A stretch of 63,868 nucleotides of DNA, the filler included, from Lenisia limosa (lineage: Eukaryota; Protista; Breviatea): assembly GCA_001655205.1 (NCBI GenBank). It is 14 parts of 14 records of this genome, joined end to end, with 100 filler letters (N's around TTAATTAATTAA, not from the genome) between each part and the next. Parts side by side here need not be neighbours in the genome. Positions count along the whole stretch, not along the records: positions 53,169 to 62,204 come from LPNZ01005057.1; positions 62,305 to 63,868 come from LPNZ01009871.1; 12 more parts are not named here. The stretch is one strand, 5' to 3'. The notes under the pieces were generated by a model, which saw only the letters and a program-made list of their open reading frames with translations, ran no database searches and was not told the origin of the DNA. Below, piece by piece: positions 61,431 through 63,868 of the stretch (within the stretch, counting starts at the first letter, position 1; each line of letters starts with the position of its first letter). The position numbers were made by a program, and so were the translations under genes.

Positions 61431-62304
61431 AGCATTTTTGAATGAGGGAGGCAGCACTTTAGCCGATACCGAAGTCTGTGGGGTGAATTCCTTTCCCGTT
61501 GTTTTGGTATGGAACGTATGTGATTTAAAAAGGTTGGAGATCATAAACAAGACACAGTGTTCACTTTTGTATGATACAACGGACACTATTGTTTGAGAGA
61601 AAACTTCATGTATTGAAGGGGTAATACATCTCAAATCTCCATTCAAAAAGCATCTGAGAGAATATGTATACATATCGNNNNNNNNNNNNNNNNNNNNNNN
61701 NNNNNNNNNNNNNNNNNNNNNNNNNNNNNNNNNNNNNNNNNNNNNNNNNNNNNNNNNNNNNNNNNNNNNNNNNNNNNNNNNNNNNNNNNNNNNNNNNNNN
61801 NNNNNNNNNNNNNNNNNNNNNNNNNNNNNNNNNNNNNNNNNNNNNNNNAATATTAATAAGAGGAAAACAATTTATGAAATAATCTCAAATTCAGAGGAAA
61901 CAAAGCAGCCAGAAGATGAAGGAAGTCATAAGTAGGTTTAGTTCATCATTCTGAACATTGTCATTAACTCTTTCATCCCTCAACTTTCAATGCTCTGGTT
62001 GCGAAATTAGTAGCAAAAAGAAAAATAATGTTGTCTCATGACCCATCTCCCTTCATCCCTACCTCAAAATAATTGGAAATGTCAATTTTGCTGATGCCTG
62101 ATACTGCCTTGTACGACTTCTTCCACTCTTCTTTTCCTGAGAGTGTTACGTTTTGGTTAGAGCATTACCAAATACAGATGGAAGCTAATTATATTATATT
62201 ACAANNNNNNNNNNNNNNNNNNNNNNNNNNNNNNNNNNNNNNNNNNNNTTAATTAATTAANNNNNNNNNNNNNNNNNNNNNNNNNNNNNNNNNNNNNNNN
62301 NNNN

Positions 62305-62358
62305 CACATCACACCCATGCACACATCACACCCATGCACACATCACACCCATGCACAC
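62305..62358. repeat. 17-bp minisatellite, 3 copies at scaffold start
   Basis: CACATCACACCCATGCA x3. Confidence 0.9.
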
Positions 62359-62429
62359 AGAGTGGTATAGAGGGATCAGAATAACAAAGAAAAGCCAAGG
62401 ATAGTTGATTCTGCAGCACCACATCTTAC

Positions 62430-63833
62430 TCCAAAGGGAACGTATGAAAACAAGAACCACACACACTCCGCCATGGAAAAGAACATACAATATCGACTAT
62501 TTGTTGGGGGGGAGGGGTGGGGCGTTACATTAGTGTGATGAATCAACAGACAATCGGCCCGGTTACCGAGGGACGGCTCGTTCAATACCATGCGAGGGGG
62601 TGGCGGGGGGNNNNNNNNNNNNNNNNNNNNNNNNNNNNNNNNNNNNNNNNNNNNNNNNNNNNNNNNNNNNNNNNNNNNNNNNNNNNNNNNNNNNNNNNNN
62701 NNNNNNNNNNNNNNNNNNNNNNNNNGAAGTGATTTTTTCATTTGAAGAGATATCAATGACTCGAAAATAGAGACCGTACTGTCAGGTATTGAGTCTATTT
62801 GGACGAATGACGGCACTATTGGAATCCAGCATATATCCCAAATAGCCGACAAAGCACCAAGTGCTTCGAAGTTCAGAGCAAAACATTTAGAATTATGTTA
62901 CTGCCAAATTCATCCACACCCCTCCACATGAAGAATGCTGCCGTCGAGCTTGAGGCCGTCCATGCTGACAACCGCCTTATACGCTGACATGGCATGGTTG
63001 AACTGGGCCGTGCAGTAGCCGCGAGAAACGCCTAGTATATTATGTCAAAAAAAAAAGGGGGGGGNNNNNNNNNNNNNNNNNNNNNNNNNNNNNNNNNNNN
63101 NNNNNNNNNNNNNNNNNNNNNNNNNNNNNNNNNNNNNNNNNNNNNNNNNNNNNAGAGCATGTATCATTTGGGCTCACTTCAGTTCAAAAAAAGACTGATA
63201 AAATATCGATATTTATCGAGAAATTTAGTCTTTTTTTGAACCGAAGTGAAGCCCTATGTATCATCATACATTTCAACACATTGTAGTCCAAAATAGCCGA
63301 TTCCTTCAACCCAAGAGACAATAACCCTACCTGATATGGGGTCTTTTTCGAGGACCATGGTGTGGAGGCTGCCAAATACCTGGTGTATCAGTGACTTCCA
63401 AGAGGAATCACCACACTGACAATTGGAGAAAACCCGGGATATCAGGAAGAAACCCTTCATATTGATAATAAGGGGCCGGGAGAGGAGCACTGCTTACTTC
63501 AAGGAGTCTTCTGAGCTCCTCTTCGGCAACATGGGGCGAGACGTTGTTGATGTGCACACGAGTTTGAGGGTCTGAGAGAAGGCCCTGGTGAGGTGTAAAA
63601 TGAAACATTTATGAAAAATAAAAAAAAAACAAAAAACAATCCAAAATCGACTCTAAAATATGACAAACCCATAAGATTTGGATGAAGAAAGATTTTGACA
63701 CAAAAACACAAACAAACAGTGTGACACAGGGACATTCAATATATATGATGATGATCGATAAGCTAATACATACTCCCTCCCCCCCAACCTTCTTAGCCTT
63801 GTCCTCGAAAGAGAGGCCTTCATAGGCAATCTG
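62430..63833 (-). CDS. RRM-domain RNA-binding protein (partial)
   Basis: RVHINNVSPHVAEEELRRLLE (63498-63584) | ..VFGSLHTMVLEKDPISG | VSRGYCTAQFNHAMSAYKAVVSMDGLKLDGSILHVE, containing RNP2- and RNP1-like motifs. Confidence 0.75.
63170..63254. mobile_element. MITE family A copy
   Basis: GGGCTCACTTCAGTTCAAAAAAAGACTG...CCGAAGTGAAGCCC|TA. Further fragments lie at ~14821-14846, 23633-23690, 24046-24106, 25164-25230, 25804-25870, 31105-31160 and 51421-51490. Confidence 0.87.
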
Positions 63834-63868
63834 TGTCAGATCAGTTCCGTTTACTCCGACGGGTTTGT

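Noticed and set aside
1559-63239. The many ORF-track entries containing X runs
   Set aside because: They are open only because N gaps contain no stops.
1-63868. Prokaryotic or viral origin; rRNA/tRNA genes; autonomous transposase
   Set aside because: Dense spliceosomal introns and eukaryote-specific genes throughout. No rRNA or tRNA structure and no DDE/RT ORF was recognised, though any could hide in gaps.

Overview
This window is eukaryotic, intron-dense (protist-like) draft sequence, not a contiguous locus. It is 14 unrelated scaffolds concatenated with 13 identical 100-nt spacers (44 N + TTAATTAATTAA + 44 N), plus internal gaps that mostly open at poly-G/poly-C runs. Genes have short exons (mostly 30-170 nt) and GT-AG introns, so the ORF track mostly shows intron read-through and I assembled exons by hand. 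Recognisable partial genes: CCCH/RGG RNA-binding protein, FtsH-type M41 protease, CCDC93, EGF-like protein, DDX27/DRS1, APC/C-type TPR protein, farnesyl-diphosphate synthase, THADA/Trm732-like, COPB2/SEC27, a Ras-domain protein, TSNAXIP1-like, glyoxalase II, a NEDD4/Rsp5-like C2-WW protein, an RRM protein and a large surface receptor with a 3-kb exon. Introns are crowded with at least six MITE-like families (mostly TA-flanked, one CACTA-type). The best leads are: (1) a Ras domain whose motifs lie in the order G2-G3-G4-G5-G1, a candidate circular permutation; (2) a dispersed repeat that starts at 5' splice sites, ends at 3' splice sites and is nearly always sense to its host gene (introner-like); (3) an FPPS with trypanosomatid-like signatures in an intron-rich genome. 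No rRNA, tRNA, CRISPR array or autonomous transposase was recognised. All gene models and family names come from reading the sequence and recalled motifs, not from searches or RNA data.
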